Shown here: piece by piece, positions 25,556 to 39,272 of the stretch | How positions within the stretch are numbered: position 1 is the first letter of the stretch | Layout of the letters: the number at the start of each line of letters is the position of its first letter | Assembly: GCA_964304625.1 (NCBI GenBank) | Contig: OZ199838.1 | Coordinates: forward strand, 2,025,927 to 2,089,926 | DNA: 64,000 bases | Source: Kudoa neothunni | Lineage: Eukaryota; Animalia; Cnidaria | Reading direction: 5' to 3' | Position numbers and translations under genes: made by a program | The notes under the pieces: generated by a model | What the model was told of the DNA's origin: nothing | Seen by the model: only the letters and a program-made list of their open reading frames with translations | The model's database searches: none

Positions 25556-26596
25556 ATGGAACTCAGAGCATTCAAGGTTATATTGGTGTTTGGTTGTTGG
25601 GTACAATCGTTAGTCGCATCCCCTTATGTGCAAATGATAACAGTCAGGTATTCGATTTGAAAAGGGCCAAATTATCATAGCTGTTTAAAAATGAAATAGT
25701 GAATGGCTACGTGAAGTGGATTCAAATCACGACAATAAATTGAGTCGAGGTGAAGTGTTTGACGCTCTAAAGAAACATCACGACGAACACCTCGATCGAA
25801 TCGATATGGTTCATCGTTGGCAAACACCTGATTGGGTGAACAATGAGGTTGATCTCACCGGTTGGAATTTGGCCACATTTTTGAGCTATCGACAAAATCA
25901 CTCCACAAGTATTCATACGTTCAACTAGTTAATATCAAGCCACTCAATCTATAGAGCCAACAGACCCTAAACACATACAACATGAAATTGATATCTTTAA
26001 AAAGGCAGACACCAACAATGATGGAATTTTAGAGAAAGAAGAATATGTAAATTTGTTGAAAGGTTACGGTGACGACGAGTTAAAAGAAAAAATTGCCGCT
26101 CTTGAATTTGCCAAGGCCGACAACAACAAAGATGAAAAAATCAGCTATACTGAACTCATAAAGCGTAATATTTTTTCCGCTCTTTATACATGCATAAATA
26201 AAGAAAATTCTAACAACATATGTTAACGATAAATGTTGTTTAGATTTAAAACCCAAATCCGATTTCCATGAAGAAAACCTAGCCCACATTTTTGAAACGG
26301 TTGACACCAATCATGACAAATATTTAAACAAAGTAAATCTATAGCAATTACAAATATTTTAAAGATCTAATACGATACAATATTTATAGAGTGAATTACT
26401 CGAATTGCACAACCAACTCCTAGAAGACCATCTCCACGTTGATGTAGACCACTTCATGGAAAACGTTGACGATAACCATGATACCTACCTATCATTGGAA
26501 GAGCTTAGAAAGCACCTCGATGATATAACCAACTTCTGGACTCGAAGCGACGATGATGAAAAACTATTCCACTTTATCCGTGAAGATGAACTCTAG
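25556..26596 (+). CDS. CREC-family (calumenin/reticulocalbin-like) multi-EF-hand ER protein, 5 exons
   Basis: Signal-peptide-like MELRAFKVILVFGCWVQSLVA; EF loops DSNHDNKLSRGE, DTNNDGILEKEE, DNNKDEKISYTE, DTNHDKYLNKSE, DDNHDTYLSLEE; C-terminal ER-retention-like EDEL. Confidence 0.88.
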
Positions 26597-29397
26597 TTGG
26601 ACTATCAGCCTATTCATTAGTCAAAAATATATTCACTTTATTCGATAGCTAGACTGATTACTGACGTCTGTGAACGTGATATGATTGTTAATGATATTCT
26701 TTACTTTGGTTGTGTGTCGAAAGTGTGTTTGTTTTTGATTGAGAACGCTGGAATAATGATGAGATTTAATTTTGACACAGTATCACAATATATGGATTGA
26801 TGAATTTTTTAAATCTAATAGATTTTAAATTGCTTTACACAATGGTGTTTTTTCACGTAATTATTACAGCCTCCCCGTACTAAAGTCGGCGGTCCCTTTA
26901 AGCCCTATTAAAAAAACCACGCTAATTTCACACCTAATGTTGGTTTTGGAAATAAAACGACAAAAATAACCTTACTGAAAAAGCTTTTTTATTATTGTGC
27001 CATTTTTTAAATTTATCTATGAAATCTTGAATTTTATTCAACTTAGATTTATCGATTTAATTTCTCTTCAACAATTTAAATAAAATAAATATATACATAC
27101 GCACACATTATTCTGCCTATAATGCTATCAAGTGTAATATGTATTTTTTATTGGTCCTATTTTTAAGTAAGATATTTAATAATTTGAACATGTAAATATT
27201 TCTTATTTTATTTTGATATTTAACTAACAGTTACTTACTAAACATATGAGAAAGAATGTCTTAATACCGACGACTAACTAGCTTCATCCACTAAAACAAA
27301 TAAAATAAAAAGATTAAGGAATCTATAATCTTCTTCTTCAAAAGTAATCATCAAAATAGTGCTATATAATTTTTTCTATTTCACGACTTTATTCTCTACG
27401 TTTTTCGATATGTAATTCAAAATGCGACACTTAACTAATTAATAGAAGATTCAAAAGTTGCAATTAAATTGCAGTGGAACCAACGAATGAAGTGCGAAAC
27501 ACAGTTTAAATTTAGACATATATATATTTATTGAGTTGAGTTGAGTTGATTCTCACACCTTCAATGAGAATGTTCCGCATCCTTCACCGCTTATGAGAAC
27601 AACACTGCATTCCTTCCCAAAAAAGAAATTATTAAACGAATATATTAGTAGATGGAGAAACCTTTTTACTGAGATTACACGAAGAAACAAAATGACGTAC
27701 TTTAACTATAAAAATTTTTAATGATAATCCATAAATAAAGCAGATACGTAATATTTTAGCATAAAATAACTAATTTAAAATTCCGCGCAAGCGGGAATAT
27801 TGGATATCGCAGAATTTTTGATTTAATTATAAATTTAAACCTTTAATGAATAAATTAAGATATAAACAAATCTTAATTGAAAAGTTTTAGTTTTTAAATT
27901 TTTTTGGTGCAATTTATTTTTAACCTGAAGCAAAAAAAATTAAAATAAATCAACAAAATTAAAAAATTCTATTTGAACGTTAATTAAAATTCAATTTTCA
28001 GTTGATCTTAGATTAAATTAACAAATTTTCGATACAATTTTTAAGGATTTAGTTGATTTTAAAATATTCATTTTTTTTTATTTTTTCTAATTAATATTAT
28101 TTACAGCATGTTATTGAGCAGCAATGACAATAATCTCAGATTTCAGGCAAATGGAGTAAATTCGTCCAATTTTTTTCAAATGTCATCCTATGTATTATTT
28201 TTTCAATCTTGATAATCGAATTATAATAAAATAGCAAAACAATGTTTCAAAAGTAAAAAATATCGCATAATCCACTAAAATGCAAATATAATCGTAGTTG
28301 CCGTCTTTACAAAAAATCTTCGAATAAATGATTTTATAATTGGCGCAACTGTTTATTTAAAATTAAATTATACGCTTTAGAAGCTCATTAATGGCTAGTT
28401 TGAGGTATATTTTCTAATAATTTATACTTCAAACTCAGAGAATCCAATAACTTAAGCCAACGAGAAAATGGCGAAATTATATGGATGTATATACATTTTC
28501 GAACCGAGACTAGTATTTTGGAATCTTTTCATTATTGGAAGCAACGCATAGTCTTATCATGGCCGCGGATCATTTTTAAATTATTGCAAAACGTGTTGGA
28601 AACTTGAATGCTTAAATTCAAGGAACAAACGTTGATGTTGATAGTATCCGATGCTAAGCTGTCATTACAAGTAGTTATTAATACGTGTTAATTCTAGTTA
28701 ATACCTACATAAATTAAAATTAAATAATAAATGATCCACTCGACAAAGTTTTTTTTAACTTTTGAATAGTCGTGCACAAAGATAAAACCTCATCTAGGTA
28801 GAGTTTTTTTGTTTTATTCAAACACCAAACAAAGAGCTGTAACACAATTACTTAAAATTAAAACATGAAGAGTCGGTAAATCTTCAGTTCTAAAAACAGG
28901 ATTGATAAATTACGAATTAGGATCTAGTCGTGATTGTGTGAATGGTAAAGGATATTGGATCCGTTCGAAAGAACACAGATATACAAGTAATAGCTCATTT
29001 TGGATATTAATTGATCTTTATTATCACCTTAGAAATTGTATGAGTATTAATTTTCCAATTTTAATGAAAAGATATGTCCAAATATCATTTCTTTAATTGG
29101 GACCTAATTCAAGGGACAAATATTCTTATTATGTTGCTGTTGGAGGATTAAATAAAGAAATCGCAATATCTATGCAAGGAAAATTATTTACTTTTAAAAT
29201 TTATTATAATATAATTTGAATGGTTTATATCCACAAACTCTCGAAACCATACAATAAAACAATATGTACGTGGAAATTAAATAAAGAATAATAGCTTTGG
29301 TTCGGTGATATTTTGAACTGCGTTAGATTACGTTAATAAAAACTTTCAGCATGATCATCCTTTGATTGTGCATATAATCTTTTGGAAACTATATAAA

Positions 29398-30421
29398 ATG
29401 AAGTTCAGTGTATTCAAAGTTTTAGTAGTGTTTGATTGTTTGATCCAATCATTATTAACCCAGTCTTTTGGGCGCGAATGATTACAGTCAAATATATGGT
29501 TTTAAAAAACCGAATTAACATAATTAATTAAAAAATAAAAAGATAATGGCTAAAAGAAATGACTAAAAGTTATGGCAATGAACTGAAACGACATGAAGTG
29601 CTTATTATTCTAATTAAAAATCATAAAATACGTCTCAATCAACTCTCTTCAATTCATTTTGGGGAATCAACATCTAGGTTGAATAATATCGATCACCGGT
29701 ATGGATGGGATTTGGCCACATTTTTGAGCCATCGAAAAAACCACTCCACAAGTATTCATACGTTCAACTAGTTAATATCAAGCCACTCAATCCATAGAGC
29801 CAACAGACCCTAAACACACACAACATGAAATTGATATCTTTAAAAAGGCAGACACCAACAATGATGGAATTTTAGAGAAAGAAGAATATGTAAATTTGTT
29901 GAAAGGTTACGGTGACGACGAGTTAAAAGAAAAAATTGCCGCTCTTGAATTTGCCAAGGCCGACAACAACAAAGACGAAAAAATCAGCTATACTGAACTC
30001 ATAAAGCGTAATATTTTTTCCGCTCTTTAGACATGCATAAATAAAGAAAATTCTAACAACATATGTTAACGATAAATGTTGTTTAGATTTAAAACCAAGA
30101 TCTGAATTCCATGAAGCACAGCTGTCTTCATTCTTTGGTATGGTCGACATCAACCATGACAAATATTTAAAAAAAGAAAATTTATTACAATGAAAAATAT
30201 TTTAGAGGTTTAATAAAATATAATATTTACAGAAGGAATTTCTGTACATATCAACCGGAAGTTCTGCGATTCGTATTTACTCTGATGTAGAAGACATATT
30301 CAAACATGTTGACGACAACCGTGATAATAAGCTATCGTTGGAAGAGCTTGAAAGACACATCGATTATATCGAAAATTTGTGTAAAATAAGTGACGATTAT
30401 GCAATAATGTTCCATTCATAA
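29398..30421 (+). pseudogene. Tandem paralog of the CREC gene, probably pseudogenised
   Basis: Colinear with 25556-26596, but exon 1 is frameshifted, the intron 1 donor is lost, exon 2 starts with GAA>TAA, EF-hand 1 is eroded, and it ends MFHS* without EDEL. Confidence 0.75.
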
Positions 30422-31869
30422 ATAATTATTATTCTCCTTATTCAATGGCTAGACTAATTTCTGGCATCTATGAACTCGATAATTTTTAACAGCATTCTTT
30501 ATTTTCATTGAATGCCCAATGTGTGTTTGATTTTGATTGATGAACACCTAAAAATGCTCAAATAAAATTTTGACAAAATATATCGTAAACACAATTCATT
30601 TTCTGTTTTTAATAAATCAATGAAAATCCTTGTGAGAGAGGCTTATCGTTCTGCATTTCCCTTTAGATTATTTGAGACATTAATTCATTATCTTTTAACT
30701 TAATCACTGGAATCTGTAAATTTCTTGTCTAAGGAGTTCAATTTTTAGAAATATGTTAAAAATCATTTTTCACGGAAAATCAATTCAATTCATAGATTAA
30801 CTTGTTAATTTTTTCCGATAATCAGACCAAAAATTAATCATGAAATTGTTTATAATGCCAAAATTCGAATAATATCAAATTTCTATGCCAAAAATAATAT
30901 TTGTTAATTATTATTTTTTATGCTATGCAAATAATTATGTTCTGATTATTTCTTTGATATTTTATTTTGTTTTATTGGATTTCTACATCGAATATTTAAA
31001 AAAATTGTTTATAAAATACTACCCAGTTGATAAGATTATTTTTTTATAATTAAGCCGAATAAATAGAATTTTTAAATAGATCAATATGTTCAATTCTTTA
31101 AGTGACTATTTATTTTCGGTATTATAAATACATTTTACATCAATAATAATTTAAAAATTCCTTTCTTCTCTTCCTTGGTATAACCGTGTAACCAAAAAAT
31201 AGGTTCATTTACTGATGATGATTCGCTGAATCATTAAAAAGTTGTTATCTTAGTTCAAACATTTGAAAACTTCATTTTATTTAGGAATATTTTTTCCATC
31301 AAATTTTAAGATAAGTGATTGAGTACGCTACAGTAGGAAATATTGGCCTATAATGGTTTGTGTATATAAAGTTTATTCGCTAAAGAGTTATAAAAAATAC
31401 ATTTTTTGTATCATCTATAAATTAAGTTTATGTGATTTAGGAAATAATAAAAATGTGTGTACCAAAATTAACTCTATATAAACGAGCCGATAAGCTCCGC
31501 CACTTATTTAAATTATATATCAATACACAAAATTATTCATTTATCCGTTTTGAATTTAGTTTATGTAAATTAATATACATTATTTTCTTTACGTTTCAAT
31601 TAAAAAATGTTAAATTATTGAATTGATCCATAATTTGTTTGGATAATCATTCATAACTTGGTTCTACTTCATATTGTTTATCATATAAACACAAATTTTA
31701 TAATATAAAATTTAATTATACAGGATTTTATAGGTTTTAAGCATGAATAGTTAAAAAGCGAGAAGACAACCACGTGATCTCAAAATAATTTTCTTAATTT
31801 CTAATAAAAAATTTAATAAAAAAATTATAAACTAAAGCAAATCTTATTACATTAATATCTACATTTAAT

Positions 31870-32426
31870 AGTTCACAAATATTTTTATTAAAATGAAAAA
31901 TGAGATGTTTTTGTGAAATTTGCAAAAAATTTATTTTTAAAGTTAGTCTATATAAAATTGTTATATACCAATGATAAAAAACCTAAATAGTAATAATAAA
32001 TAACTTTTGAATTAATAACTAAGAAGGAAACAAAATAATTCAATGTTTGTTGAAAAAAGACGGAGATTACACGTGTATCCGATCGCGCTCGGGTCAAAAA
32101 TTCTCAATATTTTGAAATTATTATTCTGAGCTAAATTTATTCTCTCCTTATTTTTTTATTTTATTATTAAGAATTGCGATAAAATAAATGCGATAAAACG
32201 TGCTCAAGAGGATGTTTTTTAGGTGCCACATACTTCACCATTACCACAATCAGTTATGTTCCCTTATTAAGCAATATCAGTAAATTTTAGAGAAATAAAA
32301 CTTTTTTGAATGACTAAAAATTTTGTCGTAATCTCATTAGATTACAACAAACGTCTAAAACAATTGAAATTCAAAATATGGACATGCGTAGAACATGGTA
32401 TCGGAATGGGTATCGGTGAAACCCTA
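31870..32426 (-). repeat. Second, partial copy of the hAT+Merlin composite MITE
   Basis: Reverse complement of about 13245-13730, including the same junction between the two elements (CCATTACC|ACAATCAGTT). Confidence 0.8.
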
Positions 32427-33021
32427 GTTCGAAGAAATGTAGCAGTGTTACATTAGACAAATATTTTTTGTGGGCTAAGAAATGGTCAATAAATAATAAA
32501 ATTTTTTCTCTTAGAAATATTGAGTTGCCTACGCTATTTTTCAATAAACGACACAAAAATGGAACTGGTCATTAAGACCTTTTTATTATTGTGCTATTTT
32601 ATTGACGAATTTTTCCATCGCTTGGAACTTAGCATCTTTATTATATGATATGAACTCGTAAAACCTTATAATTTCGAGTATTTTTGTAGTGTACATTGTT
32701 TTTGTTTCGCTAAAATTGATGCTCCATCCGTTATTTTTTGCAAAGTCCAAATTAAGCGCTGTACTCTGTCCATTTTTGCGTTAGATCCGTACAGTAAGTT
32801 TTCAACTTTAATATTTTATTGGAAACCAATTATTTATTGACAAAGGATCTATTTAAATCTGAATTAAAACAAAATAAGTAATAAACAAGTCAATTTTTAA
32901 AAATTGCGTACGACCCATACATTACTGTATTTAATTTAATCTGGTTGCTATTAAGCCCAACTAATCAATATTTCAAAAAATGAGGAAAGAAAACGCGTGA
33001 AGCCTTTGTTCGCGTGATTAA

Positions 33022-33911
33022 CCCTACCGGTACCGGATGGGATATATTTGGTATCTCAGATCTCAGATAAGATAATTTCTTTCTAATTCCTAACAGACAC
33101 AATTTATTCTATTGAAATTCCTTGAATGCTTTCCTACTAATTTAGAACATTAGTAAAAAAATTTTTTAATTAATATTTAATTTTTGACGAGATGTATGAC
33201 CTCAATTTTTTAATTGGTCCGATGGTTTCATTCATAAAAATCATTTTTGCGACCGCTAAATATTTAGTTACATTTTTGCGAATATTACATTCAACTATAT
33301 ATCTCAATATTATGATTTTGGGCCAGATATTTTCAAATGTAAACTATAAGGATTAACGAAGATTAATTCATAACAATCGTGGTCTAGTGAATTTGTTTTC
33401 GTCGGAGAATTTCAACCTAATTTTACTTAAACTTAATCATATAGAGGGGTTTGAGGGAAGTTTAATGCAGAACATGGAGTAGAAACGTGATTTTTAGATT
33501 AAGGCGTTGCCATAGCCTGAGGGTGATCTCATGTGCCACTGTTACCCCAATATTTTGATATGTTTATAGGTTTGTGGTTACTCTTCTCCATAAATTTAGA
33601 TGTTTTATTCGAAATTAGGCTTTTTTAGTTTAGTACTTGGAACTGTATAATATCAACAACAATGTTTATAAAATGTTTGGAGTAGGTTGATCTTTAAAGT
33701 TTAGAATACCAATCGATTAATCAAGGTTCATGGCCGATTGTAAACAAGAATGTATTAAGTGTTGATGGGTTAAAATAGCTTATAAATATGTTTAACGGTA
33801 TTTTGATTTACTTAAAATCGAAAAAAAATAATTTCAAGCTGATTCCTCCTGGGGTTCCTCAGATACCCCAAGGGCGCACACCGAATTTTTTTGAGCTCGG
33901 TACGAGAAGGG
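33022..33911. mobile_element. Non-autonomous piggyBac-like element, about 890 bp
   Basis: TTAA|CCCTACCGGTACCG ... CGGTACGAGAAGGG|TTAA gives imperfect TIRs with TTAA on both sides. Confidence 0.7.
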
Positions 33912-34897
33912 TTAACATTGTTGGGAAATTTTAAGCTTAGTATACTATATAGAACTAAAATTTAACAAATATATATCGAAAAATATTATATACCATTATA
34001 AATTCAATTATTGGAATTAAATCGGTTTTTAAAAAGATGCGTAAAATCGGACCTATGTATACTATGTATAATACATAGATCGGTCCGTTGATTGTAGTAT
34101 TTACTTTATTTACCTATTGTTACTAAAAATTTTAATTAAGAAGTTAACCTATTTATTACGTCATTATTATTATTTAAATTAACTTACTAAGGATTATCAA
34201 TAAATTAATAGACTCCTTGCTTAGGGCTATAGCTTAAAAATATTATTAGAGTTAAAAATAGCACATTCCGATTGTCAGTCAACTCTTTACACTATTTAAC
34301 AATGACATTGAACTATAATTAACTTTATATTAAATAAAATTAAATACATGTGCAATATTTAAAACAAGAAAAACAGACGGTGTATTTTGTTACATTTATC
34401 ATTTATTTATTTTTGTATTGAACACAACACATTACTAGGCTTTTAAGATGAAATATTTGAGTGGTAAAAATTTCGAGGCACAGCCTTGGACTAATTTTGG
34501 AATTAAAACATTAAAAAACAAAACCTTCAATATTTCAACAAACTAGTGATCCCATCATTCCATTATTTAAAACATACTATTTGGCTATTATTAGAAATAG
34601 ATATAGAGACTACTCTGTCATATGAAAGCACACTTAAATCTATATTGGTATTCCAAGTACAAGGAAGAGAATAAAATAAACTATAATATGATTTACAAAT
34701 AATCTGCTGATCTGATTCATTATTATAGGATGTTACCGAAAGGGGGTTATTTTATTTGGATATCACCCGAAGTTAATTAATACTTCGTAACTGGAGTTTA
34801 TTTGAAATTAGCAAATAGATCTATATTGTTGTAATCTGTTTATTTGGTGTCTTAAGCCAGCTAAAATAAACTCAAATATTATATCCAGACTGGAACT

Positions 34898-36549
34898 ATG
34901 GAAACTGAAGATAAATGTTTCGTTTGTCTAGAGGTCATATATCATGAAGATGAATTTGTGACAGCTTCTGACAATATGTATCATATGGATTGTTTTGTGT
35001 ATGATTTACTTTTGGTTCCTCTGAACAATTGACACTCCAATCCACTAACATACTTTATATTTCTCTAGGTGTTCGTATTGCTTCAAGTCGTTAGTAGATG
35101 AGGAATATTACGAGGTAGACTAAAATGAATTTCTTTACTAAAATAGAATTAAAGAATCGATTTTATAACCACAAAGGACTAATTTAACGACTATTGTGTT
35201 TAGTTCGATTCACATTTGTTTTGCGAAAATCATTACTTGAAACTTTATGCCCCAACTTGTAAAGTTTGTGGTATGTGTTCTGGCATAATATGAAGCCTAA
35301 AATGATTTTGATTGTCTAACTAGAAAGCGGTATAACTGGAAATATACGGTTGGTGAAACAATTCAGTTATCATGACATCTGTTTCAATTGTCAAATATGC
35401 AAGAAAAGTCTCGAAGACGGGAGGGTTGTATGCACGGATGAAGGGTAAATATGAATGGAGGAGAAAATAATTATCGTCAAATTTTCCTGATTTAGAATGA
35501 TTGTATGTTCAAGTTGTCACAATGATAGAGACAGTAAGCCATTTTCTAATTAATTATCATTACGATAAAAAATCTTTAATTTTTTAGAGTTTGTTGGGAG
35601 TTGTGAATCATGCAAGTAGATCATGATTTTATTACATTAGTGTCTAAAAATTTGTGTTTATGTGTTAGTGACCCACTGGTAAATGATGACTATATACTCT
35701 ATAAGGGAAGTTATGTGCATCCCTACCACCATCGCTGTTTCAGCTGCCAGTAAATAGGCGTTTTATAATTGAGATCGAGTTGGTTGATTGAGGTTATAGC
35801 GCGCTATTGAAGAAAGACGCAATCACTCACAGCGAAACCCTCTATTGTACCAGATGCTACGATTTTAAAATTGCAAAGATTTGTTGTGTTTGCAAGTAAG
35901 TTATATATGACAACTTTTGCAGTTTTTCGCTCCATCAAACCATTAAAAAATTTTTCTAATCGATTAGAAGATCAATAAGTGGGATTGGTGTGTATGTGGA
36001 CGATAGATATTATCACCCCGAGGTAGATTACATTTGACAAATTCTATTTTTACCAACCTATAATTTCAAGCATTTCAACTGTTCTGTTTGCTGCATTACT
36101 CTCAAGGCCGAGACCTTTTATTCAATAAAAAATTATATGTTTTGTAAAACACACTATAATCAGGTATTCGTTGATACTCACTTAAAACTCATTATCGCTC
36201 GCTTGCTATGATGTTTAAAATTGTATTTAGTATTTCGTCACTCCTTGCTTTCTTTGTGGGGAAGGAGACGCGGAAAAAAACACCAAACTTTACGGGAAAT
36301 TTCACTGCCCCAAGCATCGAATCTGTTATCACTGTTTGCGATGTATGGAAGACAAGTAATTTTTTACAAATTAAACTCACACCTTATGCGACTATTCCAA
36401 ATGAATTAAGAACCAATGTGGTCGAGTACGATAACAAGCCTATCTGCGAAACCTGCTTCAAAGAGATGCCAGTTAAAATCAAAAAAGTTATTAGACACGT
36501 ATTTTTGGAATCAAAACCATACTCAACAGCTGCAAAGAATACACAATAA
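34898..36549 (+). CDS. LIMS1: PINCH/LIMS five-LIM-domain adaptor (many small exons)
   Basis: Spliced LIM zinc fingers such as CFVC...YHMDCFVCSYC...LFCENH, HPYHHRCFSC and YHPEHFNCSVC...FCKTHYNQ. The C-terminus VVEYDNKPICETCFKEMPVKIKK matches PINCH [23 protein letters not shown]. Confidence 0.88.
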
Positions 36550-36620
36550 CAAAAGTATCATTTTGTCTATGGCTTGGTGCTAACTTAGCAACTAGCTAAC
36601 CACCAAACTATATCAACACA

Positions 36621-36648
36621 ATATATATATAAATATATATATATATAT
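36621..36648. repeat. Imperfect (AT)n microsatellite
   Basis: Directly visible. Confidence 0.8.
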
Positions 36649-38210
36649 GAATCGGTGATTATTATGGATTTTTTTGTTAGTTGTTATCTTTATTTAACCA
36701 TTTGCTAAAAAAATATGTTATCAACACAACAACTAATACAAATATATTATCAATATGTATTATCAATTACAATGGTACTGGAGTTTTGAGGATATTGAAA
36801 CCGTAGGGTAATTGAGGAAATACAGTGTGCAAATAGAAATAACAGTGCCCAACCAATATACCTAGAATAAAAAATGACTGTGTCGTTAATATTTGCGAGA
36901 GATTATTGGTAGGGTAAATATGACGAGGGCGACTAATTTCTACTAATTTTATCTGATTAAAACAGCTTTGACTATGTTTGATTTATTATCACTTATAATA
37001 GTTTTAAAGCAGATGTAAAATTATTTTATATGATAAATAAATTAAAAAGTTTTTTGAAATCTGTATACGATGTGATGTAATTTAACATAGAACAGCGCTT
37101 CCCAATAAAATTTGACTCGCACCCCTTTTCACACGATAAGATGTAACTGACTTAAAATTTATCAAAAATTATTTTCAATTTTGATCGGATCTCACACCAC
37201 CTAAGACCAAAGTTCGCACCCCTGGCATAGAATATTGTTGCGCATGCTCATATGTAATTAGGAATTATATTCGTTTCTACTTAAAAAATTCTAATTAAAC
37301 CAAAAATAATCCAGAGGATTATATTTTTTTAAATTAAAAAACAACTCTGCCATTAGTGATTAAAAAAAGAGAATAAAAGCTCTTCACATTATCACTGAAC
37401 ATAAATGAAATAATTTTAAAATGTTCAAAAATAATATTAATACTACGTAGATAACGTTGTTTCTTTGAAAAAAAGTCCAATCTTAAATTTGTTTTATTTC
37501 GGGAAATAAAACTTGAATTTACGTTCGAATTGGGATTTTAAATATTTTGCTACCAATAATTACACTACACTAGATAACCGATAGTGCGGCATATAATACT
37601 ACCGGAATAATAATTGAGTGAGTTACTTTGAATTTAAATCTACGTGATTTGGTTGAATTTTAGCGCGTACTATCAGCCAGTCACGTGATACAAATACATT
37701 GATACTTTCCTACTTTATTTCAAAAATATTTCAAACGGATGAATTATTCACGAAAAGTATGAAATAGCCGAAACGTAACCCAGTTTGTGCTTAAAAGTGC
37801 AATAATAGCCATCATTAGACATTTTACAATATACGCTGTATCTAAGTTAAATAAAAGTTGTAAATATTTTAAATTATTGATATGGCTCAAAAATGAAATC
37901 ACGGGTACACTGAGAAGAGAAATGACCCATCAGTTAATCATAACTTAGGTTGAGGGATTTGATAAAGTAAAAAATCCAAATTAATTTCAGATGATAAAAT
38001 AATTATAACTAAAGAATTAATTAATGTGATAACGATTGGCTCAACTATTATTTAGGATATTCCTAAAACTAACTGAATTGGTTATTAAAGGAATACTTTT
38101 CCATTCATAATCTGCTAAAGTTGGTATAAATACGGGTATTAATTTCTTCATCCAAGTTGAAAATTTTTTTAACATTTCTCTTGAGATTTTATATTTAAAT
38201 AAGAGATGGG

Positions 38211-39272
38211 GGCTAAATTACAGTGACTGGGACTCGCTTGGGATAAAATGGACAAACTTTGATAAACATTGTAACAATTAAAATATATGATTGTTACTCA
38301 TTATATATTTAAATAACGTTGATAATTCTTTGCCGAAATATTTTCTCCAATACATAAAATCGGCAACATAATGAGGAAGTGTTTCTGGGTTTATATTTGT
38401 TGCGTTCCGATATTTACGCTTAAAAGCCCCCCAGGTGGCTTCAATTCTGTTAATGTATATTCCCTCAGAGAAAATAAACTTCCTTCGGTAAATAACTATC
38501 CCAGGCACAAAACCCAACTCAGTCAAGCTATCATACTCTTTCCAACCGTTCGCCCAAATAATCGAGTCTTCTTCGACGTTGTCAAGGATTTTTTTCAGGC
38601 ATGTCTTTATTTCTTCGCTGAGTTGAGTGCAAAAAACCATTTCCATTTTCGTTGATACCATTAATCATCCAATATTGTTGATTACGAAGAATCCTTCCCA
38701 CGTTGTATTTTATTATAAATATAGCGGTCTCATCAATTTGAACGATAACTCCCTCTCCGCCAATTTTGGAAAATTCCTCATCCAATTTATAGGTCATAAA
38801 ACCATATATTACATTTATCCATTCACATATGCACATATGGTGGAATTGGATGATATTCCAATATGTTTTCGAATTTTCTCATAAGTCATGGATGGGTTTT
38901 GAATTGTCGAAATGATAAATATGAGGATTTTCCACAACGGAAGTCTAGATATTTCAAAAATAGTTCCCTTTCAAATCTGTCTTTTTTCTGCATAAAGTGC
39001 ATTTATACTGATATCCATCATCAGTATCTTCTCTTTTAGAAAAAAAATTTTGACCGACACACAAATATTGAGAATAAGTTGGTATCAATCCGCGATTTTG
39101 TAATGTCTTTATTGTATAGTCTAAATCATCACGAAGATGGTCATAATCCATATTAGTGATATCATCAATATTCTCGAAAGTATATATTTTCTTGTTAAAA
39201 TTCATCGCGCCACAAATACAACGATCAGTTATGAATATTGTCGGAGCGAGGCATAGTCACTGTAATTTAGCC
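38211..39272 (-). mobile_element. Merlin (ISXO2/IS1595-like) DNA transposon with a frameshifted transposase
   Basis: TIRs GGCTAAATTACAGTGACT...CTCGC at both ends. Fragmented ORFs 38954-39205, 38582-38836 and 38278-38661 carry KIGGEGVIVQIDET, IIWANGWKEY and NRIEATWGAFKR. No TSD match. Confidence 0.88.

Noticed and set aside
26080-30162. Near-identical minus-strand ORFs 26080-26310 and 29923-30162 as a small gene pair
   Set aside because: They are antisense to the CREC genes, and their identity is explained by the conversion tract.
38211-39272. Bacterial IS1595 contamination
   Set aside because: It is embedded between intron-containing animal genes with matching composition and is decayed, which fits a eukaryotic Merlin element.
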